Positions 56,419 through 64,000 of a DNA stretch of 64,000 nucleotides are shown here, piece by piece. This stretch comes from an uncultured bacterium (GTDB lineage: Bacteria > DAOPZR01): NCBI GenBank assembly GCA_964517215.1, contig CAZFBR010000001.1, positions 24,907 to 88,906 on the forward strand, read 5' to 3'. Positions within the stretch are counted from its first letter, which is position 1; each line of letters opens with the position of its first letter. The notes beneath the pieces were generated by a model, which had not been told where the DNA came from, did no database searches, and worked only from the letters and a program-made list of their open reading frames with translations. The position numbers and the translations under genes are program-made.

Positions 56419-57203
56419 CCATGCCCGGCATCCGTCTCGCTTTTCTCTACCCGGATCTGATGAACATTTACGGTGACCGGGGCAATGTCATTGCGCTGAC
56501 GCAGCGCTGCCGCTGGCGCGGGCTGGAAATCGCGGTCAGCGAGCTCGGGCTGGCATGCGCGCCGGATCCGGATGATTTCGACCTGTATTTTTTCGGCGGC
56601 GGACAGGACCGGGAGCAGCTGACGGTGGCGGAAGACCTGTTGCGGTACAAGGCGGCGGCACTGCGCGCGGCGGCGGCCAGCGGCGCCGCCGTGCTGGCGA
56701 TCTGCGGCGGCTATCAGCTGCTGGCGAACTACTACCAGCCGTTCAATGCCCGGCGGCTCGACGGGGTCGGCCTGTTCGACGCCTGGACTGAGGCCTCGGC
56801 CACCCGGATGATCGGCAATGTCGCCATTGAGCTTGATGCCGCGCTGGCGGCGGAAGCGGGGCAGGTGCGCTCCACGGTGGTGGGGTTCGAAAACCACAGC
56901 GGAAAAACCCGTCTGGGACCCGGCTGCCGGCCGCTCGGCAGGGTGATGCGCGGGTTCGGCAACAATGGCGAAGACGGGTGCGAAGGGGCGATCCAGGGGC
57001 ATGCCATCGGCTGCTATCTGCATGGCTCCCTGCTGCCCAAAAACCCGCATCTCGCCGACCTGCTCATCCGCTGGGCGCTGGAACACCGCTATGGCGCGTC
57101 CGCGCCGGCACTGGCGCCGCTTGCTGACGCGCTGGAATGGCAGGCGCATGCGGCTGCGTTGTGCCGGAAGAAAAGTGCGTTTTCCCGCCGGGAAGGTGCA
57201 TAA
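56415..57203 (+). CDS. gatD: Lipid II isoglutaminyl synthase glutaminase subunit GatD (CobB/CobQ-like GATase)
   Basis: YPDLMNIYGDRGN, ICGGYQLL (catalytic Cys), H-containing C-terminus; ATGA overlap with murT. Confidence 0.8.
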   Translation: MTMPGIRLAFLYPDLMNIYGDRGNVIALTQRCRWRGLEIAVSELGLACAPDPDDFDLYFFGGGQDREQLTVAEDLLRYKAAALRAAAASGAAVLAICGGYQLLANYYQPFNARRLDGVGLFDAWTEASATRMIGNVAIELDAALAAEAGQVRSTVVGFENHSGKTRLGPGCRPLGRVMRGFGNNGEDGCEGAIQGHAIGCYLHGSLLPKNPHLADLLIRWALEHRYGASAPALAPLADALEWQAHAAALCRKKSAFSRREGA

Positions 57204-57334
57204 TCGCGGGGTAACGGGTGGTGCGTTACTGCGTGCGAACAGCACCCGCATGATCGGCAGCAATCTGTTCCCGCCGCAGTGTGCATGAAAAAATGCGGGC
57301 GTCGCCGTGATGGCGACACCCGCACGGGGCTGCG

Positions 57335-57775
57335 TCAGCTGATCTTGATCTGCCGCGGTTTGGTTTCCTCGCGTTTGGCCATGGTCAGGGTCAGGACCCC
57401 GTCTTTGTGTGACGCCTTGATGGACTCGTGATTGATGGTGTTGGGCAGCGTCAAAGAACGGGTGAAACTGCCATAGTCGCGCTCGACGCGATGCCACTGC
57501 AGATTTTTGTCCTCCTTGCTGATCTTCTTTTCGCCCTTGACCGTCAGGACTCCGTCATGCACCGTGACGTCAATGTCGCTTTGCTGCACCCCCGGAAGTT
57601 CAATCCGAACCAGAATCTCATTTTCCGTCTCCGCGATATCAAGCGGAGGGGAAAACAAGGCATTACCCTGCTGGGTTGGACGATTAAAAAAATCGTCAAA
57701 AATCTTGTTCACCTCATCCTGAACCCCCGATACTTCCGACCACGGCCGCCAACGCATGATAGCCATAACCACCAC
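57335..57775 (-). CDS. Small heat-shock protein Hsp20 (alpha-crystallin domain)
   Basis: PPLDIAETENEILVRIELPGV...GVLTV...G.F.R.L.LP; start could be an internal Met. Confidence 0.85.
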   Translation of the reverse strand: MVVMAIMRWRPWSEVSGVQDEVNKIFDDFFNRPTQQGNALFSPPLDIAETENEILVRIELPGVQQSDIDVTVHDGVLTVKGEKKISKEDKNLQWHRVERDYGSFTRSLTLPNTINHESIKASHKDGVLTLTMAKREETKPRQIKIS

Positions 57776-57792
57776 CTCCTGAAATTGATTTA

Positions 57793-57815
57793 GCGGTCAT
57801 TATGACATGCCGCTG
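57793..57815. promoter_or_regulatory. Nested palindrome AGCGGTCATTATGACATGCCGCT in the hsp20 promoter region (candidate heat-shock operator)
   Basis: Lies 18-40 bp upstream of the hsp20 start, downstream of a TTGGCA-17-TATGGC promoter-like element on the gene strand; only partial resemblance to CIRCE. Confidence 0.3.
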
Positions 57816-57973
57816 TTGTATGCCATAAAGCAAAGCGACAATCATGCCAATTGACAGTGAAGTTATATCAAATTAAAAATAAGATAGTTGTGGATTATTG
57901 AAAAATGTTAATCGATTTGCCAATATGGCACACATATGTTGCAATAGGTTTGGTCTGCCGTTATTGCAGATAA

Positions 57974-58924
57974 CTACGCGTGGTTGATGATGACTTTTAC
58001 GGTATCGCTTTTTTGAGCGGCGGTAAACGCTGCGACAATATTAGTAAAGGTGAATTCAGCTGATACCAATGGCTCGGGATTGATCCGATCCGCAGCCAGC
58101 ATAGCCAGTGCCGGGGCAAACGGGCCGCAGCGAGAGCCGATGAGAGTGAGTTCATTGATTACGATTTGATTGATATCAAAGGCGGCCGGATCGGCAACCG
58201 TTGTTTTAAGCACAATCGTGCCGCGCGGGCGCACATGCTGCAGTGCCAGCGCCATGCCCTGCGGGTTGCCGGTGCAGTCGATGCAGACATCGACCCGTTC
58301 ATCCGGAGGAAGCTCGGCCAGCGGCCGGCAATTAATGCCCAGTGTTTGCGCCAGTTTGATTTTGCGGGGATTGCGGTTGTAGGCGGTGTAGTGGTAGCCG
58401 CCCTGCTGCAGCACCAGGGCGGTCAGCAGGCCGAGCTTGCCGGTGCCGAGGAGGATGATGCGGTCGGTCGGCCGGATATGGAACTGCTCGAAAATCTGCA
58501 GTGCCGCCGCCAGCGGCTCAGTGAACAGGGCGCGCACCGACGCCAGATAATCCGGCACGCAATGCAGATTGGCTTCCGGCAGCGCCACATATTCGGCGAA
58601 GACCCCGGGCCGCCCGGCAATCCCCAGCACCGTGCGCTGGCTGCAATGCGTCGGCAGGGCGCGCCGGCACAGCGCGCAGTTGCCGCACGGGCAGTTGATT
58701 TCGCCGACCACCCGCTTGCCGCGCAGCGCCGCTGAACCCTGTTCGACCACGCCGACGAACTCATGGCCGGGCACGCCGCGAAAGCCCAGATAGCCGCGCG
58801 TCAGCTCGATATCGGTATTGCAGATTGCGGAATACTCGACGCGGATCAGCGCCTCACCCGCCGCCGGGACCGGTGCGGGAATTTCGCTGAGCGATAGGGT
58901 GCCGTCGAAGACCAGTGCGCGCAT
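57974..58924 (-). CDS. Zn-dependent alcohol/polyol dehydrogenase (MDR superfamily)
   Basis: C..H catalytic Zn (CNTDIE...GHEFVG), structural Zn cysteines (CPCGNCALC), Rossmann GTGKLG. Confidence 0.8.
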   Translation of the reverse strand: MRALVFDGTLSLSEIPAPVPAAGEALIRVEYSAICNTDIELTRGYLGFRGVPGHEFVGVVEQGSAALRGKRVVGEINCPCGNCALCRRALPTHCSQRTVLGIAGRPGVFAEYVALPEANLHCVPDYLASVRALFTEPLAAALQIFEQFHIRPTDRIILLGTGKLGLLTALVLQQGGYHYTAYNRNPRKIKLAQTLGINCRPLAELPPDERVDVCIDCTGNPQGMALALQHVRPRGTIVLKTTVADPAAFDINQIVINELTLIGSRCGPFAPALAMLAADRINPEPLVSAEFTFTNIVAAFTAAQKSDTVKVIINHA

Positions 58925-59224
58925 TGCATTCTCCGCGCCGCAGCATACTGCGTGCCGATTGCCCTGTCAACTGCCGCGGACGGTTGCGCAAGGTGGTGGG
59001 ATTGGTCCGCGAACACTGCGCGCACGGTTGCGTACCCGCGCCGGTTATCGGCATCTTTCGGCGGTGTTCTCCGGGGCTGTGCGCGATGAGTGGCGGGGAC
59101 GGCATCGTTGACAGGCAACTGCTGCCGCAGTAAAATGTTTCCGGATGCATCAGAAACGGCTAAAGCAAGGCGCTCGTCGTTTAGCAGCAACTGCAGACAT
59201 CCGCACTAAAACTGATGCAAGATC

Positions 59225-60118
59225 ATGAGAGTGTTCAATATCGGGTCCGTCAATATCGATCATGTCTATTCCGTCGGGCATTTGGTGCGGCCGGGTGAAA
59301 GCCTGATCAGCAGTCGTTATGCGGTATTCGCCGGCGGCAAGGGCTTCAATCAGTCAATCGCCCTGGCCCGGGCCGGGGCGGCGGTCAGCCATGTCGGGCT
59401 GGTCGGGCGGGACGGCGCCTGGCTGCGCGAACGGCTGCAGGGCGAAGGCGTTGACTGCAGTGCCCTGGGCGGCAGTGAACTGCCGACAGGCCACGCCATC
59501 ATCCAGGTGATCCCCTCGGGGGAAAATGCGATTATCGTGCATGCCGGGGCCAACGCGGCGGTGACGGAAGCCAGCGTGCAGCGGGTGCTGGCAACCGCCG
59601 TGCCTGGTGATTGGCTGCTGGTGCAAAATGAAACCGGCGCCACGGCAGCGGCCATTCAGGCGGGAAAGCGGGCGGGCCTGACGGTGGTGTTCAATCCGGC
59701 GCCCATGACCCCGGCGGTGCGTGAGTATCCCCTGCAGGAGGTCGACTGCTTCATCCTGAACGAAACGGAAGCGGAATGCCTGACGGGTGAGTGCGCTCCG
59801 GACGCAGTACAGCTGGCGATGCGCGCAACGTATCCGCAGGCCGCAACGGTATTGACCATGGGCCGGGCGGGAGCGGTATATTTCGACCGCGAACGGACCG
59901 TGCGGCACCCGGGCGTACCGGTGCGGGCAATCGATACCACCGCGGCCGGCGACACCTTCATCGGCTTCTATCTTGCAGAACGCATGCGCGGCGGCGATCC
60001 GGTCCGGGCCCTGACGCGTGCGTGCTGTGCCGCCGCGATCAGTGTGACGCGGCCCGGTGCGGCGGAATCGATCCCCACCCTGCAGGAAGTTCGCGCCGAC
60101 GAGGAAGGTTGCGACTAA
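59225..60118 (+). CDS. rbsK: Ribokinase / PfkB-family carbohydrate kinase
   Basis: GSVNIDH, GGKGFNQ, DTTAAGDTFIG anion-hole motif. Confidence 0.75.
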   Translation: MRVFNIGSVNIDHVYSVGHLVRPGESLISSRYAVFAGGKGFNQSIALARAGAAVSHVGLVGRDGAWLRERLQGEGVDCSALGGSELPTGHAIIQVIPSGENAIIVHAGANAAVTEASVQRVLATAVPGDWLLVQNETGATAAAIQAGKRAGLTVVFNPAPMTPAVREYPLQEVDCFILNETEAECLTGECAPDAVQLAMRATYPQAATVLTMGRAGAVYFDRERTVRHPGVPVRAIDTTAAGDTFIGFYLAERMRGGDPVRALTRACCAAAISVTRPGAAESIPTLQEVRADEEGCD

Positions 60119-60220
60119 CCCGGCGGGGCAAATGGCCGGCAGATATTGCCGGTGCCGGCAGTATCGGTGCGCCTGCCGGTTGACGGCCTGAGTCCGGGCT
60201 GTTAGCATCTCTGCGGAGGG

Positions 60221-60910
60221 ATGACGATGCGGATAATTGCCCGGATAATGCTGCTGCTTGCTGCGCTCGTGCTGCTCACCGGCTGTGCCAACCGCAAGTA
60301 CGCGGTCGGGTACGACGTCGCGCCGGCCAACGATATCAGCGGACCGGCGGTGGCGGTGCGGGGGTTCAGTGACGCGCGACCGGCGGCGGAACGCACCGGC
60401 GAAGGGGTGGGCATCCTCAACAGCAGCACCTACGACACCATGTATACCGAAGAGGTTGCCGCGGGAATTACCCGCACGCTGGCGGCGGAACTGCGCGGCG
60501 CCGGCGTGGCCGCGTCGGACGATCCTGCCAGCAATGCGCAATTTATTATCGACGGTACGGTCCTCAATTTCCATGCGGTGCAGGTCCCGCCGATCGAGTC
60601 GTATATCCCGTACCTGAACAATGTGAGCTGGCTGTGGACGGATGATTCGGTGGCGGTGTCGCTGCGCTTGCAGATGACGGTTACTGACCGGGCGCGTGAC
60701 GAGGTGCTGCTTGACCGCACCTACGATGTGTCGCAGGACACGGCGGTCTGGGTCGGGTTCCTCAATCTCGATTCGCGGGTGAACAATTTCACGCGCAAGC
60801 AGCTCGCGGAACTGCTGCAGGCCGGCCTGCATGAGCTTATGGCGCGGATGGTCGCCGATATCCGCCAGGCGGCAGGACGCTGGCTGCCGCCGCCGGGCAG
60901 CGGGCAATAA
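60221..60910 (+). CDS. Lipoprotein (lipobox LLTGC), function unknown
   Basis: Signal peptide MRIIARIMLLLAALVLLTGC; no recognised domain. Confidence 0.5.
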   Translation: MTMRIIARIMLLLAALVLLTGCANRKYAVGYDVAPANDISGPAVAVRGFSDARPAAERTGEGVGILNSSTYDTMYTEEVAAGITRTLAAELRGAGVAASDDPASNAQFIIDGTVLNFHAVQVPPIESYIPYLNNVSWLWTDDSVAVSLRLQMTVTDRARDEVLLDRTYDVSQDTAVWVGFLNLDSRVNNFTRKQLAELLQAGLHELMARMVADIRQAAGRWLPPPGSGQ

Positions 60911-60950
60911 GCCGGTGGCTGCAGGGAATACGGGATCGGGGAGCGGAACC

Positions 60951-61607
60951 ATGCTGACCATTGCAGAAGAAGTATACCTGCTGTTTCTCGATGATCAGCA
61001 CGGCGCGATCATCGACACGCCGGTGCCGGTAATCGCACAGGTGCTGGCGGGGGCGCTGCTGATGGAACTGACGCTGGGCGATTATGTCGAGGCCGAGATT
61101 GATACGCTGCGGCTGGCCGGCGGGCAGGATGCCGGTGAACCGCTGCTGGACGAGGCCCTGCGGGAATTGCGCCGCACGCCGGACCCGCAGCCGATTGCCG
61201 CCTGCCTGCAGGAGCTGGCCCGACCGCAGCGCGCATTGCCGGAGCGGGTGCTGGCCCGGCTGCTGGAGCGGGGCATTCTCCGGCGCGAGGAGCGCCGCCT
61301 GTTCTGGGTGCTGGCGGTCCGGCAGTATCCGCTGGTCGATGACCGCGAGGTGCGGGAAGTTAAGACCCGGCTGCGCGCGCTGATTATGAGTGATGACTTG
61401 CCGGATCCCCGCGATGTCGTGCTCATCAGTCTGGCGTCGTCGGCGCGGCTGTTCGACACCATGTTCACGCCTGCGGAGCGCATCCGTCTGCAGTCGCGGA
61501 TCGACCTGCTCGCCCGGTTTGATCTCGTTGGCCAGGTGGTGGCGCGGTCGGTGCGGAGCATCGAACAGACGATGACGCAGCTGCTGGCGCTGGCCGCGGC
61601 GATGTAG
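60951..61607 (+). CDS. GPP34 (GOLPH3-like) family protein
   Basis: LTIAEEVYLLFLDD...GAIID...AGALLMEL pattern typical of the bacterial GPP34/DUF family. Confidence 0.5.
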   Translation: MLTIAEEVYLLFLDDQHGAIIDTPVPVIAQVLAGALLMELTLGDYVEAEIDTLRLAGGQDAGEPLLDEALRELRRTPDPQPIAACLQELARPQRALPERVLARLLERGILRREERRLFWVLAVRQYPLVDDREVREVKTRLRALIMSDDLPDPRDVVLISLASSARLFDTMFTPAERIRLQSRIDLLARFDLVGQVVARSVRSIEQTMTQLLALAAAM

Positions 61608-61705
61608 CCGCGCGGACGGCGGTGCGCCGGCCGGCGCGATACGTGCCGCGGCGACGGGGTATGACCTCGGCAGCAGTGACAGTTATAATCGGGTAATGCT
61701 ATTGA

Positions 61706-62497
61706 TCAGCCGCACTGGAGCATTCCGCGCACCGTTGTGTGGATTGCCCCGTTGCTGGCGAGGAGCGTGTCGGCATGCAGCCAGTCGCTCCCGCCGGCAA
61801 AATCAGTAACCATCCCGCCCGCCTCTTCGACCACCAGTCCGCCGGCGGCCACATCCCACGGTTTGAGGTACAGTTCCCAAAACGCCTCCGCCCGGCCTGA
61901 CGCCACGGCGCACAGGTCGAGAGACGCGGCGCCCAAGCGGCGAATCCCGAGGGTCTGCGGGGCGATCGTCATGAAATTCGCCAGATTGTTCGGCTGCCGG
62001 TTGGCGCGCAGGCAGGCGAAGCCGGTGATCACCAGCGCCTGCGCCAGGTCGGCGATGGGCGTGACATGCAGTTTCTTGCCGTTGAGAAAGGCGCCCTCGC
62101 CGCGCACCGCGCAGTACAACTCGTCGAGGATCGGGTTGTATACCACCCCCGCCGCCGGCTGTCCGCTGATGACCAGCCCGATGGAGACGGCGAAGAAGGG
62201 GATGCGGCGGATGAAATTGGTGGTGCCGTCGATGGGATCGATGATCCATTGCCGCGCGCCGGTGGTGGCCACGCCGCCGGTTTCTTCGCCGGTAATGCCG
62301 TCGTCGGGAAAAACGCGGGTGATGGCATCCGTGACCAGCTGTTCCACCAGGATATCCGTCGCGGTGACGAGGTCCTTTTCGCTCTTGTGGGTGATCTGCA
62401 GCGGCTCGTGCGCCTGATAATGCTCGCGCAGCACCGCCCCGGCCTGGCGGGCGATATTGGTCGCGACCGTAATCTCCTGACTGAGGGCCGGCATCAT
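61706..62497 (-). CDS. suhB: Inositol monophosphatase family (SuhB-like)
   Basis: ATDILVE, WIIDPIDGTTNF, WDVAAG motifs. Confidence 0.85.
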   Translation of the reverse strand: MMPALSQEITVATNIARQAGAVLREHYQAHEPLQITHKSEKDLVTATDILVEQLVTDAITRVFPDDGITGEETGGVATTGARQWIIDPIDGTTNFIRRIPFFAVSIGLVISGQPAAGVVYNPILDELYCAVRGEGAFLNGKKLHVTPIADLAQALVITGFACLRANRQPNNLANFMTIAPQTLGIRRLGAASLDLCAVASGRAEAFWELYLKPWDVAAGGLVVEEAGGMVTDFAGGSDWLHADTLLASNGAIHTTVRGMLQCG

Positions 62498-63060
62498 GGC
62501 AGCCGCAGCGAGTCAAACACCTGCCGGGTGCGTTCCTCGCGATCGTCGCTGGTGCTGATGACCATGGCATAATAGCCGGTGCCGTTCCTGACGAATCCGG
62601 CCGCGCGGTTCACCGCCGGCACACTGTCGTTTCCGCGCTGCAGCGTGCCGCTGCTGACCGTGACGGTCACCTGCTCACCGCACAGGGTTCCCGCTTCAGT
62701 ATGTATTTCTTCCGCCACAAAATCGCCGCCGCCGCCTGGCGCCTGGCGCAGCTGTTGCTGCAGCTGTGCCGCCGGGTCCACCTGGGCTTGTGCCGGGATG
62801 GAGAAGAGCACCAGCAGCAGCGACCCGTCCTCTTTCCGGTCGCTGATGATCGCCATGCGCATCATCATGTCCAGTGCAAAAATGCCGACGCCGTCGCCCG
62901 GCAGGTCGTAGCGCATAATGGTGCCGGCGATTGCCTGCACCCGGGCAGGATCGGTGGCGACGGAATCCTTCAGCTTGCTATAGCCCCAGAGGGCAACGCC
63001 GCTGGCCACCAGCCCGGTGAGAACCGCGAGCACGGCGCAGCCGATGAGGACCTTTTTCAT
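62494..63060 (-). CDS. Lipoprotein (lipobox LIGC), function unknown
   Basis: MKKVLIGCAVLAVLTGLVAS signal; the longer six-frame ORF (to 63786) is antisense to the aconitase-family gene and rejected; ATGA overlap with the suhB start. Confidence 0.5.
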   Translation of the reverse strand: MKKVLIGCAVLAVLTGLVASGVALWGYSKLKDSVATDPARVQAIAGTIMRYDLPGDGVGIFALDMMMRMAIISDRKEDGSLLLVLFSIPAQAQVDPAAQLQQQLRQAPGGGGDFVAEEIHTEAGTLCGEQVTVTVSSGTLQRGNDSVPAVNRAAGFVRNGTGYYAMVISTSDDREERTRQVFDSLRLP

Positions 63061-63189
63061 GCCTGCCTCCGGACGCGTTCTGCCGCGCCTGCCGCCACCA
63101 TAGCATACCGCCGGCGCAGCGACAATGGCGGCATTGACAGTGCCGCGCCGGCACAGTAGAATGCGCCGACGAACCCAAAGGAGCGAACC

Positions 63190-64000
63190 ATGAATGTCGT
63201 GGAAAAGATTCTGCAGGCGCATCTCGTAACCGGCACGCCGCAGGCGGGGGCGGAGGTCGGCATCCGTATTGACCAGACCCTGACCCAGGATGCGACGGGG
63301 ACGATGACCTACCTGCAGTTCGAGGCGTTGGGCCTGCCGCGGGTGAAAACGGAACTGTCGGTCAGCTACGTCGACCACAACACCCTGCAGCAGGGATTCG
63401 AGAACGCCGACGACCATCTCTACCTGCAGAGCGTGGCGGCGAAGCACGGCGTGCTCTTTTCCCGCCCGGGCAATGGCATCTGCCATCAGGTGCACCTCGA
63501 GCGGTTCGGCGTGCCGGGCAAGACGCTGCTCGGGTCCGATAGCCATACCCCGACGGGGGGCGGGATCGGCATGCTTGCCATTGGCGCCGGCGGGCTGGAG
63601 GTGGCGCTGGCGATGGCCGGCGTTCCCTTCCCCATGGCGTGGCCGAAAGTGGTGCGGATCAATCTCAACGGCAAGCTGCCGGCGTGGGTGACGGCCAAGG
63701 ATATCATCCTGCAGGTGCTTTCCCTCCTGACGAGCAAGGGGAATGTCGGCTGGGTGGTGGAATACGGCGGGAGCGGCCTGAAACACCTGTCGGTCCCCGA
63801 ACGGGCGACGATCACCAACATGGGGGCGGAACTCGGTGTCACCACCTCGGTCTTCCCGAGCGACGCGGTGACGCGCGCCTTTCTCGCGGCGCAGGGGCGC
63901 GCCAAGCAGTGGCGCGAACTGCTGCCGGACAAAGATGCGAAGTATGACCGCACTATCAACATCGATTTGGCGAAGCTCGTGCCGCTGGCGGCGGCGCCGC
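63190..64000 (+). CDS. Aconitase/3-isopropylmalate dehydratase large-subunit family protein (partial, continues beyond window)
   Basis: RBS AAAGGAG; DQTLTQDATG, GSDSHTPTGGG, aconitase swivel-less catalytic motifs. Confidence 0.75.
   Translation, partial: MNVVEKILQAHLVTGTPQAGAEVGIRIDQTLTQDATGTMTYLQFEALGLPRVKTELSVSYVDHNTLQQGFENADDHLYLQSVAAKHGVLFSRPGNGICHQVHLERFGVPGKTLLGSDSHTPTGGGIGMLAIGAGGLEVALAMAGVPFPMAWPKVVRINLNGKLPAWVTAKDIILQVLSLLTSKGNVGWVVEYGGSGLKHLSVPERATITNMGAELGVTTSVFPSDAVTRAFLAAQGRAKQWRELLPDKDAKYDRTINIDLAKLVPLAAAP

Noticed and set aside
57791-57820. CIRCE (HrcA) operator upstream of hsp20
   Set aside because: Only the left arm (TTAGCGGTC) approximates TTAGCACTC; the right arm does not match GAGTGCTAA. 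Reported as an unclassified palindrome instead.

Overview
This window looks like part of a high-GC bacterial chromosome, densely packed with housekeeping genes on both strands. I see radA-yacL-ispD-ispF, aroK-aroQ, an M24 peptidase, rlmB, glyA, iorA-iorB-paaK, greA, thiE, hom, hrpB, yifB, lysS, lolCE-lolD, mcsA-mcsB-clpC, murT-gatD, hsp20, suhB and others. The organism cannot be named from sequence alone. The left 3.8 kb is visibly AT-richer and is the most unusual part. It holds a frameshifted, C-terminally truncated integron-integrase (IntI) remnant that keeps the IntI-specific ALERKYP...WPxFW insertion. Next comes a consensus Pc-like promoter and two cassette-like units, a small membrane protein and a higB-higA toxin-antitoxin pair that has its own consensus promoter. 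Each unit ends in a related ~65-bp attC-like imperfect palindrome (GCCTAAC...GTTGGCA). A tRNA-Cys, an orphan ORF and a CAU-anticodon tRNA follow. Other regions worth a second look: a STAS antagonist plus a pseudo-receiver-fused anti-sigma kinase with no sigma factor nearby; a PgaC-like GT2 synthase translationally coupled to a membrane-anchored HEAT-repeat protein beside a REC-degenerate GGDEF-REC regulator; three PaaK paralogs, two with ACT-domain partners; two low-GC islets carrying orphan ORFs (one with a Met-rich 16-codon leader ORF); and a 61-63-bp hairpin-forming tandem repeat abutting a Zn-ribbon/DEDDh exonuclease gene. Many long opposite-strand ORFs in the six-frame track are high-GC artefacts and were not called.
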